Positions 8,770-18,335 of a stretch of 64,000 nucleotides of DNA are shown here, piece after piece (position 1 is the first letter of the stretch; each line of letters begins with the position of its first letter). The translations under genes were made by a program, and so were the position numbers. This DNA is from Candidatus Multivoradales bacterium (GTDB taxonomy: Bacteria > Acidobacteriota > Thermoanaerobaculia > Multivoradales > JAHEKO01). The notes under the pieces are model-generated. The model saw nothing but the letters and a program-made list of their open reading frames with translations. It searched no databases and had not been told where the DNA came from. The DNA is taken from contig CBDCVR010000014.1 in assembly GCA_965223155.1 (NCBI GenBank), forward strand, positions 768,001 to 832,000, given 5' to 3'.

Positions 8770-10485
8770 CTAGCTGGGGGTCTCTTCCAGAAGCAGGTCC
8801 AAGACCTTCGTCACGGCCTCGCGCACCGGTACGTCGAGCCGTTCTCGATCCCGGCGCAGCGAGACCTCGACCTTGCCATCGGCCAGGGACTTCGAGCCCA
8901 CGACCACGCGTAGCGGAAATCCGACCAGGTCGGCATCCTTGAACTTCACCCCCGGGCGCTCGTCGCGGTCGTCCAGCAAAGTATCGACACCCTTGGCGAC
9001 GAGCTCCTCGTAGATACGTTCGGCGGCCGTGACCACCTCGTCATCCTTGCCGCCCAGGGGCACGACCACGACCTCGAAAGGCGCCAGCGGCACCGGCCAG
9101 ATGACGCCATCGTCGTCGTGGTTCTGTTCGATCGCCGCGGCCACGGTCCGGCCGATGCCGAGCCCGTAGCAGCCCATGATCATGGGATGGCTGGTGCCTT
9201 GATTGTCCAGGAAGTCGCAACCCATCGCCGCCGAGTACTTGTCCCCAAGCTTGAAGATATGCCCGACCTCGATGCCCCGTGACAGGACCAGGGGCTTGGC
9301 GCAGTTCGGACAGCCGTCGCCTTCTTCGACCAGGAGGACGTCCTCGAAGCGGGCCAGGTCGAGATCGCGTTCCAGCGCCCCGCCCACCAGGTGAGCGTCC
9401 GCCTTGTTCGCTCCGCACACGAAATTGGCCAGGCCCTCGATCGAGCGGTCCGCCACCATCCGCACCGAGGAATCCAGGCCGATGGGTCCGGCGAAGCCCA
9501 CCGGGGCTCCGGTCAGCGACTCCACCATGGCGTCCCCGGCCAGCTCCAGCTCCTGGACGTCGAGGACGTTCTTCAACTTGACCTCGTTGACCTCTCGATC
9601 GCCCCGCACCAGGGCCGCGACAGGTCCTTCCTCGGTCGTGTAGAGCAGGGTCTTGACCACGCGCTCGGGGGCGATGCCGAGATGGGCCGCGACCTCGGCG
9701 ACGCTCGTCATCCCCGGAGTGGCGACCTCTTCGAGCGCGGCCGGGGCAATCTCCTCCGGAGGCTTGAGAGACGTCTCGGCCCGCTCCTGATTGGCTCCGT
9801 AACCGCAGGACTCGCAGCGCAACACCGCGCTCTCGCCGGTATCGGCCACCACCATGAACTCGTGCGAAGCCGAGCCGCCGATGGCTCCGCTGTCCGCCTC
9901 GACCCTGGTGAAGTCGAGCGCGCAAGCCGTGAAGATGCGCTCGTAGGCCGTGCCCATGGCTTCGTAGGCCTCCTCGAGGCTGGCATCGTCCACGTGGAAG
10001 GAGTAGGCGTCCTTCATCAGGAACTCGCGTCCCCGCATCAGGCCGAAGCGCGGCCGGATCTCGTCGCGAAACTTGGTCTGGATCTGGTACAGGTTGAGCG
10101 GCAGTTGCCGGTAGCTGGTGACGTCCTTGCGCACGATGTCCGTGACGATCTCCTCGTGCGTGGGCCCGAAGCAGAAGTCCCTGTCGTGCCGGTCCTGCAT
10201 GCGCAGGAGCTCCTTGCCGTACTGCTTCCAGCGGCCCGATTCCTGCCACAGAGCGGCCGGCTGAATTGCCGGCATCCCCAGCTCGACGCTGCCGGCCGCG
10301 TCCAGCTCGCGCCGCACGATGGCCATGAGCTTGCGCAAGCTGCGCCAGCCCAGGGGCAGGTAGCTGTAGATGCCGGCGGCGGCCTTACGGATCATTCCAG
10401 CCCGCACCATGAGTTGGTGGCTCACAACCTCGGCATCGCTCGGTACTTCACGGGTGGTGTAGAGGTAATAGTTGCTCCAACGCAT
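8770..10485 (-). CDS. proS: Proline--tRNA ligase (bacterial type with INS editing domain)
   Basis: SHQLMVRAGMIR, KFRDEIRPRFGLMRGREFLMKDAYSF, GANK editing motif, RGIEVGHIFKLG, LLDDRDERPGVKFKDADLVG; 571 aa. Confidence 0.97.
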   Translation of the reverse strand: MRWSNYYLYTTREVPSDAEVVSHQLMVRAGMIRKAAAGIYSYLPLGWRSLRKLMAIVRRELDAAGSVELGMPAIQPAALWQESGRWKQYGKELLRMQDRHDRDFCFGPTHEEIVTDIVRKDVTSYRQLPLNLYQIQTKFRDEIRPRFGLMRGREFLMKDAYSFHVDDASLEEAYEAMGTAYERIFTACALDFTRVEADSGAIGGSASHEFMVVADTGESAVLRCESCGYGANQERAETSLKPPEEIAPAALEEVATPGMTSVAEVAAHLGIAPERVVKTLLYTTEEGPVAALVRGDREVNEVKLKNVLDVQELELAGDAMVESLTGAPVGFAGPIGLDSSVRMVADRSIEGLANFVCGANKADAHLVGGALERDLDLARFEDVLLVEEGDGCPNCAKPLVLSRGIEVGHIFKLGDKYSAAMGCDFLDNQGTSHPMIMGCYGLGIGRTVAAAIEQNHDDDGVIWPVPLAPFEVVVVPLGGKDDEVVTAAERIYEELVAKGVDTLLDDRDERPGVKFKDADLVGFPLRVVVGSKSLADGKVEVSLRRDRERLDVPVREAVTKVLDLLLEETPS

Positions 10486-10488
10486 CGG

Positions 10489-12330
10489 CTAGTCGCTCTC
10501 CCTCTCGTGCACGCGGCGGAACGTCCGGTTCGCCTCCTTCATGCACTCCATCATGGTCCGCTGCACGGACACTTCGCTGCCCTCGGCAACCCGGGCCCGC
10601 TCCAGAACGTCCCGAGCCTCCTCGCTCGCGCCTGCCGCCAGGAGCGCCATGCCCAGATGGGTCAGGGTCGGAGCCGAAGGCGCCAGCTCGCTCGAGCGGG
10701 TCAGAAACTCCACCGCCTGAGGGTACTCCTCACGCTTGTAGTGGACCCAACCCAGGGCCGCCAGTGGGAACTGACGAAGCTCCTCGGGCGCGGTCTCGAG
10801 CGAGCTTTGAGCCAGCTCCAGCGCGCGATCCAGGTCCTCGTCCATCTCCGCCAGGCTGAAGGCCATCTCGTAGTACGCGATGGTCCGGGCGAAGTTGGAG
10901 GACCCCTCCTCGAGCAGCCGCCGTCCCACCCGGTAGCCCTCTCGGAAGCGGCCCTCCGAGCGCAAGCTCTCGATCAGTGTCGCGCAGGCCGTGGCTCGCA
11001 GCATCTCGTCGGTGTCCAGCTCAAGCAGCCGTCGGGTGGCATGCTGGCTGTCTTGGGAGCGCCGTCCTTCGAGGCAGGCCAGCGCGAACGTGATCAGCAA
11101 CGTCGGGTTGTCCGGATCGGAGTCGAGAGCCTTGCGGTAGTACTGAAGCGCCCGGTCCTGGTTGTCGCCGGCCTCCTCGGCCTTGTCCAGGAGCAGGCGC
11201 GCCGGCTGGGCCACCTCGGGCAGCGGAAAGTCCGTGTGCCCCGACAGATAGCGCACCAGATCCTCGTAGCGAAGCTTCTTGGGATTCAGCCTCTGCGCGG
11301 CTCGAAAGGCCCCCAGGGCCTTCTTGCGCCAGCCGCGATCCAGATAGGCCAGACCCAGAAGGTGATAGGCCTCCTCGTGGGCCGGATCTCGCCGCACGGT
11401 CTCTTCCAAAGTGTTGACCGCCTTGGCCGGGCGGCCCATCTCGTAGTAGCAGTTCGAGAGCAGGAACAGAGCCTCGGGCACGGCGTCCAGGGCCACGGCC
11501 TTCTCCAGCAGCACCACCGCTCGCGACAGCTTGCCGCGGGCGGCGTAGACCGCCCCCAAGCTGAAGGACGGCAAAAACGCATCCGGATGTTGCGCCAGCG
11601 CGCGCTGCAGCAACTCCTCGGCGCCGGCCGCATCGCCCCGCTCGTGCAAGATCACGCCTGTGTAGACCAGGCCCTCGTAGTGCTCGGGCGCGGCCCGCAG
11701 CACGTCCTGGAAGAACTCGAGCGCCCGGTCGATGTCGCTGTCGTTGAAGTAGGTCTCGCCCAGAAAATAGGCCAGCTCGTAGTTGTCCCGGTCCAGCCGG
11801 TAGGCGGTCTCCAGCGCCTGGAGAGCCCGCTCGACGTCGAAACCCGCCAGCGCGTACTCCGCGTCCTCCAGAAGCTCCACGAACACCGAGCGGCGCTCGC
11901 CGTTGTAGAGGGCGGCGATCCGGTCCTTCAGCTCGACGAACCGCTGCCGCTTCTCGAGCGCCAGGAGCTGGTAGTCCATGCGCACCTGCCAAAGCTCGTT
12001 CCACTCGTCGTCGCCGACGATCTGCTTCTCGCCCAGGATCTCCCGTAACGCCGCGACGCCGGTCTGGTTGACCAGGATGCTGCGCTCCTGCTTGTGCAGA
12101 GCGGACATCAACTGCCGGATGGTCTCGGCCGAGTGCTTGACGGCTTCCTCGAGAATCGAGATTCGCTCGAGCAGGTGCTCGTCGAAGGAAAAGTCCTCGT
12201 GGGCTCCCTGGGCCTCGAACTCGGCCGACGCCTCGGCGGGCTGACCCGACAGTACGAGCAGCTTGTTATGGCAGCGAGCGCAGTACTCGGCGTCTTCGCT
12301 GTTCCAAGCCCGGCAGACCTGGCAGAACAT
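10489..12330 (-). CDS. TPR-repeat protein with N-terminal zinc ribbon and coiled coil
   Basis: MFCQVC...YCARC (two CxxC), coiled-coil segment, then many TPR-like repeats; ends 3 bp before the proS start. Confidence 0.85.
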   Translation of the reverse strand: MFCQVCRAWNSEDAEYCARCHNKLLVLSGQPAEASAEFEAQGAHEDFSFDEHLLERISILEEAVKHSAETIRQLMSALHKQERSILVNQTGVAALREILGEKQIVGDDEWNELWQVRMDYQLLALEKRQRFVELKDRIAALYNGERRSVFVELLEDAEYALAGFDVERALQALETAYRLDRDNYELAYFLGETYFNDSDIDRALEFFQDVLRAAPEHYEGLVYTGVILHERGDAAGAEELLQRALAQHPDAFLPSFSLGAVYAARGKLSRAVVLLEKAVALDAVPEALFLLSNCYYEMGRPAKAVNTLEETVRRDPAHEEAYHLLGLAYLDRGWRKKALGAFRAAQRLNPKKLRYEDLVRYLSGHTDFPLPEVAQPARLLLDKAEEAGDNQDRALQYYRKALDSDPDNPTLLITFALACLEGRRSQDSQHATRRLLELDTDEMLRATACATLIESLRSEGRFREGYRVGRRLLEEGSSNFARTIAYYEMAFSLAEMDEDLDRALELAQSSLETAPEELRQFPLAALGWVHYKREEYPQAVEFLTRSSELAPSAPTLTHLGMALLAAGASEEARDVLERARVAEGSEVSVQRTMMECMKEANRTFRRVHERESD

Positions 12331-12480
12331 CAGTCGGGCGCGCCCGGCGGCTTGGCCGAGCCGTGGACGAAGCCGACTCTCTCGACTCTCTCAAAAGGGC
12401 GCATCGTGGGACGTTCCGGAGGGAAGGGCCGCCGCGCGCCTCCGGAGCACACACCCGGCGACATCGCTCGACCGGCAGCG

Positions 12481-12509
12481 AGCGTACGAGATCGCCCCAA
12501 GGGGGTCAA
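12481..12509 (-). promoter_or_regulatory. Sigma70-type promoter for the TPR-proS operon
   Basis: Minus strand TTGACC (12504-12509), 17-nt spacer, TACGCT (12481-12486). Confidence 0.65.
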
Positions 12510-12582
12510 GCGGGCCAAGTCGGGCCAAGCGCAGCAGGTCCGGCAGGCGGAACGGGCGCCGGATCCAGCGGATGGGCGAGAG

Positions 12583-13620
12583 TCACAGGGCGCCCGGAAC
12601 CCTGGTCTCAACCCAGCCGTTCGAGCGGCCCAGGCGCGTCTCCAGAGCGGTCCCCACTCCGAGAAGCGTCACCACGGTCCAGATCCACACCCCGGCCACC
12701 GGCACGAACTTGGCGAGTCCCAACACCAGCAGGCCGACCACGAGGGCGTTGAGCGGACTCCAGCGTCTACCGAAACGTTGGCCCAGGCGTCGAGTAATCC
12801 AATTGCCCGCGGCATGGAACACCGCCACGCTGCCCCAGAGCTTCAGGAACAGCAGGATCAGAACGACCAGGAACAAGAGCGGGGCGCCCACCACCGAAGC
12901 CGCCCACGAGCTCAAGAACAGGGCGGTCAGAAACAGACTCAAGACACCGCCCAGCCCCAGCAGGAACATGCGCATGGGATTGGCGCCGAGTCGCTCCGAG
13001 GCGGTCAAGACCTCCCGCCCGGTAATCGCCATCGCCAGGGTCGACCACAGCAACCACGCGGCGACGAGCGCCAGCTTGGCGCCCACCACCACGCCGGAAA
13101 ACGCCGGCAGTCCAAGGGTCGGTCCTTCCAGCAACACCAACCAAGCCGAGCTCACGGTCGGATAGGAAACCGATCGACCGCCGATGACCGAGCCTCTCTT
13201 GGCGGCGATCTTCCCACCCAGGACGAAGACATCGCCGCCGACGCGGGCACGCTCGGCCAGAACCGCATCGCCGCCCAGCACGATGAGATCGCCACCAATC
13301 GAGCCCGAAACCCGAACCGAGCCGTTGACCGCGACCGCGTCCGAGCGCGCCTCACCCCGAACCTCGAGGTCCCTGCCCAGGGCGATAACCTGCCGCCGGG
13401 CAACGCTGCCCTCGGCCACGGTCAGGGCCGGCGCTTCGGAGGCGGATGCCGGCGCGGCCGGCCAGCCCGCTAGCGCTAGCACAACCGCTATCGCGGCTCC
13501 GCCGACGCCGAAGCACTGGGGCCAAGGGCTCCACGGCCTCCGGAGACCTTGGCACCTGCCGGACCACACCCAAGCGGATCCGAGTGGCGGGCGGCGGCAG
13601 GCTAGCGGTTGCAAGTCCAT
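12583..13620 (-). CDS. Membrane protein with bactofilin-like (polymer-forming) beta-helix repeats and ~5 C-terminal TM helices
   Basis: Signal-like AIAVVLALAGWPAAPASA; repeats VIALGRDLEVRG, AVAVNGSVRVSG, GDLIVLGGDAVL, GGDVFVLGG; hydrophobic C-terminus. Follows the ECF/anti-sigma pair. Start uncertain. Confidence 0.75.
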   Translation of the reverse strand: MDLQPLACRRPPLGSAWVWSGRCQGLRRPWSPWPQCFGVGGAAIAVVLALAGWPAAPASASEAPALTVAEGSVARRQVIALGRDLEVRGEARSDAVAVNGSVRVSGSIGGDLIVLGGDAVLAERARVGGDVFVLGGKIAAKRGSVIGGRSVSYPTVSSAWLVLLEGPTLGLPAFSGVVVGAKLALVAAWLLWSTLAMAITGREVLTASERLGANPMRMFLLGLGGVLSLFLTALFLSSWAASVVGAPLLFLVVLILLFLKLWGSVAVFHAAGNWITRRLGQRFGRRWSPLNALVVGLLVLGLAKFVPVAGVWIWTVVTLLGVGTALETRLGRSNGWVETRVPGAL

Positions 13621-13785
13621 CTCAAGAAACGCGGGCCGTCCTTTGACCTTGATCGGCCTAGTCGATCCGACTTGTCGGCGGAACAACTCCTGACACACCG
13701 AGTCTATCCGGCGACGGCGGCCGCCGCGCTTCGATCCAACTTCTCGGGCCAGAGTCTCGGGCCATTCTGGGCCCGCTCTCGGACG

Positions 13786-14421
13786 CTAACCCGAAGGAGC
13801 GTCGCCGCCGGGGGTCGAGCTCCGGCCCTCCCGGCCGGAGCGGCCAGAACGAGCGCCGGCGGCCGCCGTGCTCCGCGCTCGCAGGTAGCGCAGGAACAGA
13901 AAGTCGACTCCCAGCACGAAGATCCCAAAGACCAGAAAGCCGATACGGGACAGGGACGAGAGCTCGGCGAGCGCCAATCCCATGCCCGCCCATGACGCCG
14001 ACAGCAAGCCGGCTCCGGCCAGAGCCGCGGAACGGAAGAACTCCAGCACCGCCCCCGCCGTCGCCAGCCAAGGCCGGGCCATCTCGAGACCGGTGCCCTC
14101 GACCGCGAGCCAGGAGCCGACGCCAGCAAGCAGCAACACCAGCGCGGCCGGCAACCTCCACGCCGCCGGCCGGCGCATCTCCCACGCCGCCGCCGGCAGC
14201 TCGGACATCACCTGAGCGGCGAAGTCCGGATCCGGCTGAATCGCCGCCGACTCGAGCACCTCGGCCAGCCGCCGCCCCTCGGTGCGCAGGGCTCGGCAGC
14301 TCGCGCACCGCAGAGCGTGCTCGTCAAGACGGCGCCGTTCGACAGACGTCAGCTCGCCATCGGCCTCGAGAAAGGCAAGCTCTTCGAACAGAGCGTGATC
14401 GGTGGGGGGGTTGGTGGTCAT
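13786..14421 (-). CDS. Zinc-binding (ZAS/zf-HC2) transmembrane anti-sigma factor
   Basis: DGELTSVERRRLDEHALRCASC (HxxxCxxC) followed by TM helices; directly downstream of the ECF sigma gene. Confidence 0.85.
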   Translation of the reverse strand: MTTNPPTDHALFEELAFLEADGELTSVERRRLDEHALRCASCRALRTEGRRLAEVLESAAIQPDPDFAAQVMSELPAAAWEMRRPAAWRLPAALVLLLAGVGSWLAVEGTGLEMARPWLATAGAVLEFFRSAALAGAGLLSASWAGMGLALAELSSLSRIGFLVFGIFVLGVDFLFLRYLRARSTAAAGARSGRSGREGRSSTPGGDAPSG

Positions 14422-14469
14422 CGGTGCGGTGGGGTTCGAGAATCGATTGAGCTTGGCGAGCGGCGGGCC

Positions 14470-15057
14470 TCAGTCCACGAGAAAGTCGGCCAGCTTCTCC
14501 TTGAGCATCTGGCGCGCTCGAAACAGCTTGTTCTTTACGGTGCCCAGGGGCATGTCCTTGGTCTTGGCGATCTCGTCATAGGAAAGCTCTCCAAAGTGGC
14601 GCATGACGATCAGTTCCCGGTACTCCCAAGGCAGCTCTCGAATCGCCTGGGTGATGGCCTCACCGCGCTCGACGTTGCGGAGCTCGCCGTAAGGACCGCG
14701 GTCGTCGCCGGCAAACTCCCACTGGCCATCGCTATCCGGATCGCGACTCGGCCGGTCCATGGAGACCAGCTGGAGGCGCCGTTTCCGGAGACGATCGATT
14801 GCCGCATTCTGGCCGACCCGAAAGAGCCACGTCGAAAACTTGTAGCGAGGATCATACCGATCGAGAGCTTGATAGGTCTTGAAGAAAACCTCTTGCGCCA
14901 GGTCGTGGGCCTCCCCCACATCCCGGAGCAGCCGATAGAGGAAATTCACCAGCCGCCCCTGGTACCTGATTACGAGATCGCCGTATCGCTCTTTGTCTCC
15001 TTTCAGGACTTCCGCCACGATCTCCTGGTCGGTCGCTTGCGGAGCGTCACTCGTCAT
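14470..15057 (-). CDS. ECF RNA polymerase sigma factor (SigW/RpoE-like)
   Basis: Region 2 AHDLAQEVFFK...FSTWLFRVGQNAAID; region 4 LPWEYRELIVMRHFGELSYDEIAKTKDMPLGTVKNKLFRAR. Confidence 0.95.
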   Translation of the reverse strand: MTSDAPQATDQEIVAEVLKGDKERYGDLVIRYQGRLVNFLYRLLRDVGEAHDLAQEVFFKTYQALDRYDPRYKFSTWLFRVGQNAAIDRLRKRRLQLVSMDRPSRDPDSDGQWEFAGDDRGPYGELRNVERGEAITQAIRELPWEYRELIVMRHFGELSYDEIAKTKDMPLGTVKNKLFRARQMLKEKLADFLVD

Positions 15058-15062
15058 AGTGG

Positions 15063-15088
15063 TACGGCGGCTTCGAGGAAAGGTTGCA
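15063..15088 (-). promoter_or_regulatory. Putative autoregulatory ECF promoter TGCAAC-N16-CGTA
   Basis: Minus strand TGCAAC CTTTCCTCGAAGCCGC CGTA ccact ATG, resembling the SigW-type TGAAAC-N16-CGTA consensus. Confidence 0.6.
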
Positions 15089-15093
15089 GGGGC

Positions 15094-15261
15094 TCAGGAG
15101 CGGCCCTGCTCGAGCTTGCGGCCCACCAGAAAGAGCAGGCCGCCAACCGCCAGCAGGCCCACCTCCAGGCGCAGCGCGTCGTAGGCCAGCCCGACCAGTA
15201 GCGCCGTTCCAACGACGACCAGAGCCAGAAACTGGAGCAACCAGGAAAGCGTGCCGAGCAT
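15094..15261 (-). CDS. Small 55-aa two-helix membrane protein (not in the ORF track)
   Basis: Hand translation MLGTLSWLLQFLALVVVGTALLVGLAYDALRLEVGLLAVGGLLFLVGRKLEQGRS*; two hydrophobic helices, GC-rich third positions, TAGACT 8 nt upstream of the ATG. Confidence 0.7.
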   Translation of the reverse strand: MLGTLSWLLQFLALVVVGTALLVGLAYDALRLEVGLLAVGGLLFLVGRKLEQGRS

Positions 15262-15357
15262 CGCGGCCGAGTCTACCCGAGGCGCGCACGGCCTCCGTCG
15301 AGCCGGCCGACTGCGAAATGGATCGTTGGCGCGATGAGCCGCCCTCGAGCCGGGCCG

Positions 15358-17598
15358 CTAAGGCACGGTCCGGAGCGTCCGGATCCGGTCCCCCTGCTGG
15401 ATCCGATCCAGGAGCTCCAAGCCCCGGGTGACGCGTCCGAAGGCGGTGTAGCTGCCGTCTAGGTGCGGCTGACGGTTGGCGGTCAGGAAAAACTGACTGC
15501 CGGCGGTGTGCGGGTCCGAGCGGGCCATGCCCACCACTCCCCGCTCGTAGGCAATCGTGCCGTTCTCGTCCCGGAGCGAGAACCCGGGACCGCCCCAGCC
15601 CGCGCCCTCGGGGTCGCCGGTCTGAGCAACGAAGTCGGGAACCACCCGGTGGAAGACGAGGCCGTCGAAGTATCGGTTCTGCGCCAGCTTGAGAAAGCTC
15701 ACACAGGTCAGCGGCGCCGTCTCACAGTCGAGCTCGAACCGGATCTCGCCGGCCTCGGTGGTCAGGGCAAGCTCGTGAGACTGGCGGGCCAGAAGAGCCA
15801 CGTCCCGGTAGGCGCGCAGCGACCGGTCGGTCTGAACCGACCCGGGCGCCGGAGCTTCGCGCTCGAGAGACGCCAGCGCCGAAGAGGCCGCCCGGCGCAC
15901 CAACCACTCGACGTCCTTGGCGAACTCCTCGAGCGCCGCCACGATAGCACCGCGCTCGAGCGCCTCGACCCGCGCGCGGCCTGCCAGGGCCCGCACGCAT
16001 GCCACCTCGAGGTCGGGCAGACGCCGGCCTGCGTCTTCGGCTACGGCCAGCAAGAGCTCGTCGATCGGAGCCGCCGGATGCTCGGCGAGCCACTCGAGGG
16101 CTTGGGCGCGCAGGGCCGGTTCCGGATCCAGAAGCGCCTCCCGAGCGCGCGTCTCCGCGTCTCCTCCACCGGCCTCCAGAATCCCGGCCAGAACCGCCGC
16201 GCGCACCGCCGGATCGGCATCTCCAAACAGTCGGTCCGACACTCGTTCGAGACCCAGGATCGAGGCGGCTTCGGCCGCCGCCCGGCGGCGTCCGGCGTCG
16301 GCACTCCGGGCAGCCTCGAGCGCCGCCTCCTCGGCACGAACCCCAGCTCGCCGCGCCAGCGCCACGACGGCGACTTCGCCTGCCCAACCCGCCTGACTCG
16401 CGATCGAGCTCAGCTCGGCACCCAGGTCCGCCCCCCCTTCCGGGCCCAGGTCCGACCAGTATCCGGCGGTTTGAATCGCGGTGATCCGGACACCGGCATC
16501 GGCCGAGGCCAGAAGGTCCGCGAGTGGCGCCACCCAGGCCGGAGCGGGAGCCGCGCGGCCCTCGGCGACCAGGGCCCTGCCGGCGCGCAGGGTCTGGATG
16601 CGGATCGACCTGTCCGGCAGGGCCAGGAGAGGCCTCAGCCGGTCGAGGTCCGAACCGTCCCCCAACCTGCCCAGGCCCCGAGCCAGCCAGCCCAGAACCC
16701 AGGATCTGAGATCGTCGGAGCCGGAGTCCGCGGACGTTCCAGCTACGGCATGAGGCTCCGGCCCGCTCTCCGAGCCCGAGCCTGAATCGCTACTCCGGCC
16801 GCGATCGCTGATGCCGTCCGTCGGTCCAGCCGCCTCGGCCGGTGCCGGCGCGTACGGTTCCGGCGAAGGCTCGAGCTCGAGCCTCCGCGCCAGCGCGGCA
16901 CGCAACAGCCGAGCCGAAGTTCCGTCCGCGGCGGTGCCGCGCCGCGCCAGGGCGTACAGGACCCAAGCCTCGAGCTCCGGGCTGCCGCGCAGACGTCCGG
17001 AGGCCAAGACCTCGCCGGCGGTCCGGTCGACCTCGGCCGGCTCGAACCGGAAGAGCGCCGGGGCGAGGCGACGCCAGCGCTCGGCTTCCGGAAGACCGCC
17101 CAGCGCCGCCTCCACCCGCGCCAGAGCCACTCCCAGCCGGGCCAGCGAGTCGGCCGCCTGCGTGGCCACCTCGGGGGTCCTGTCCACGAGAGCTCCGAGC
17201 AGGTCGGGAAACGCGTCCCGGTCTCCGAGCTGACCGAGCGCGAAGGCCGCCCTCGTCCGGACACGAGCGTCGGGATCGGCCAGCATCGAAGTGAGATACG
17301 GCCGCGAGCGGACGTCGCCGGTCCGGCCCAGGGCGAGCGCCAGCCGTCCGTGATGCTCCGGATAATCCCGGTAGATTCGGCGCACGGCGAACGGCTCGAA
17401 AAGCAACCGGTCGGCCATCAGGAGCAGCAAGGCCTCGGCGTCGAGGGCGTCGGCCACGACCCCGTCCGAAGCCGGCGCCGCGGCCGAGTCCGGCATGGGC
17501 GGCGCCGCGCTCCGGCAACCGGCGCTCGCCAAGGCCGCGGCCAGGACGACGGCGGCCGCCGGCCGGAGCCGCGAACCGGACGGGAGCGGGCCGATCAC
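15358..17598 (-). CDS. Lipoprotein with HEAT repeats and a C-terminal cyclophilin-type PPIase
   Basis: GTG 17598 overlaps the upstream stop (GTGA); lipobox LASAGC; HEAT repeats (LADPDARVRTRAAFALGQLGD); cyclophilin FHRVVPDFVAQTGDP, GMARS, AGSQFF, HLDGSYTAFGRV. Confidence 0.9.
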   Translation of the reverse strand: MIGPLPSGSRLRPAAAVVLAAALASAGCRSAAPPMPDSAAAPASDGVVADALDAEALLLLMADRLLFEPFAVRRIYRDYPEHHGRLALALGRTGDVRSRPYLTSMLADPDARVRTRAAFALGQLGDRDAFPDLLGALVDRTPEVATQAADSLARLGVALARVEAALGGLPEAERWRRLAPALFRFEPAEVDRTAGEVLASGRLRGSPELEAWVLYALARRGTAADGTSARLLRAALARRLELEPSPEPYAPAPAEAAGPTDGISDRGRSSDSGSGSESGPEPHAVAGTSADSGSDDLRSWVLGWLARGLGRLGDGSDLDRLRPLLALPDRSIRIQTLRAGRALVAEGRAAPAPAWVAPLADLLASADAGVRITAIQTAGYWSDLGPEGGADLGAELSSIASQAGWAGEVAVVALARRAGVRAEEAALEAARSADAGRRRAAAEAASILGLERVSDRLFGDADPAVRAAVLAGILEAGGGDAETRAREALLDPEPALRAQALEWLAEHPAAPIDELLLAVAEDAGRRLPDLEVACVRALAGRARVEALERGAIVAALEEFAKDVEWLVRRAASSALASLEREAPAPGSVQTDRSLRAYRDVALLARQSHELALTTEAGEIRFELDCETAPLTCVSFLKLAQNRYFDGLVFHRVVPDFVAQTGDPEGAGWGGPGFSLRDENGTIAYERGVVGMARSDPHTAGSQFFLTANRQPHLDGSYTAFGRVTRGLELLDRIQQGDRIRTLRTVP

Positions 17599-18335
17599 AG
17601 CCCCGCGGCCAGGCGATGAGCGAGCACCACCGGCAAGCCGGCCTCCAGGATGCGTCCCTGCGCCTCCTCGACCGGGTACTCGCAACGCCGCCACAGGACC
17701 CGGCCGCGCTCTGGTTCGTAGACGAAGTACGCGGCCCGGGGATCGCGGTCGCGAGGCTGCCCCACCGCGCCCGGGTTGAGCAGGTAGCGACGCTCCGGAT
17801 CCAGCAGGATCTCCTGCTCGTCCCCTTCCGGAACCGTCATCGAGATTCCGCTCGGCCCGGACTCGATCGACATCGGCAGGTGGGTATGGCCAAAGAAGAA
17901 CACCCGGCCGACATGCTGCGAGAAGACCTCGGCCGCGCTCTCCAGCGACAGGATGTATTCGTCTTCCTGAAGCGGCGAGCCGTGGCAGATGAAGACACTC
18001 GCCCGGATCTCGGTGGGGCCCTGGCGCATCTGGCGCAGATACTCCAGATTCTCGGCACGCAACACGGACGCGGTCCAGCGGGCGGCCGCGCGGGCGACGG
18101 AATTGAACTGGTCGTCTGGCTCCAGCCCGGAGCAGACCTTGTCGTGGTTGCCCCGCACCACCCATTCGGGCCGGCTCAGGGCTCGGACGCGCTCGACGAC
18201 CTCGTTGGGACTGGCGCCGTAGCCGACCAGGTCCCCCAGGACCAGAACCGCGTCAAAGTCGTCTCCGGCGTCCTCGAGCACGCTTCGAAGCGCGTCGGCG
18301 TTGCCGTGGATGTCGCTCAGGATCAGATAGCGCAC
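17595..18335 (-). CDS. Metallophosphoesterase family protein
   Basis: SDIHGN, LGDLVGYG, RGNHD, CHGSP, FGHTH, NPGAVGQPRD motifs. Confidence 0.93.
   Translation of the reverse strand: MRYLILSDIHGNADALRSVLEDAGDDFDAVLVLGDLVGYGASPNEVVERVRALSRPEWVVRGNHDKVCSGLEPDDQFNSVARAAARWTASVLRAENLEYLRQMRQGPTEIRASVFICHGSPLQEDEYILSLESAAEVFSQHVGRVFFFGHTHLPMSIESGPSGISMTVPEGDEQEILLDPERRYLLNPGAVGQPRDRDPRAAYFVYEPERGRVLWRRCEYPVEEAQGRILEAGLPVVLAHRLAAGL

Noticed and set aside
688-12048. Long alternative-frame and antisense ORFs such as 688..2943, 5223..6842, 7270..8721 and 9391..12048
   Set aside because: Arg/Pro/Gly-rich or codon-mirror shadows of well-supported genes, expected at this GC content; no motifs.
12330-12480. 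T-box riboswitch upstream of proS
   Set aside because: No GGTGG-ACC T-box sequence or terminator/antiterminator seen, and proS is the second gene of the unit.
15358-18165. ORF-track N-terminal extensions (935-aa HEAT-PPIase; likewise tmk 404 aa, pntA 524 aa, ABC 716 aa, pilO, pilP, rpmB, aroK)
   Set aside because: The extensions overlap neighbouring real genes; shorter starts are supported by RBS, stop-start overlaps or family N-termini.
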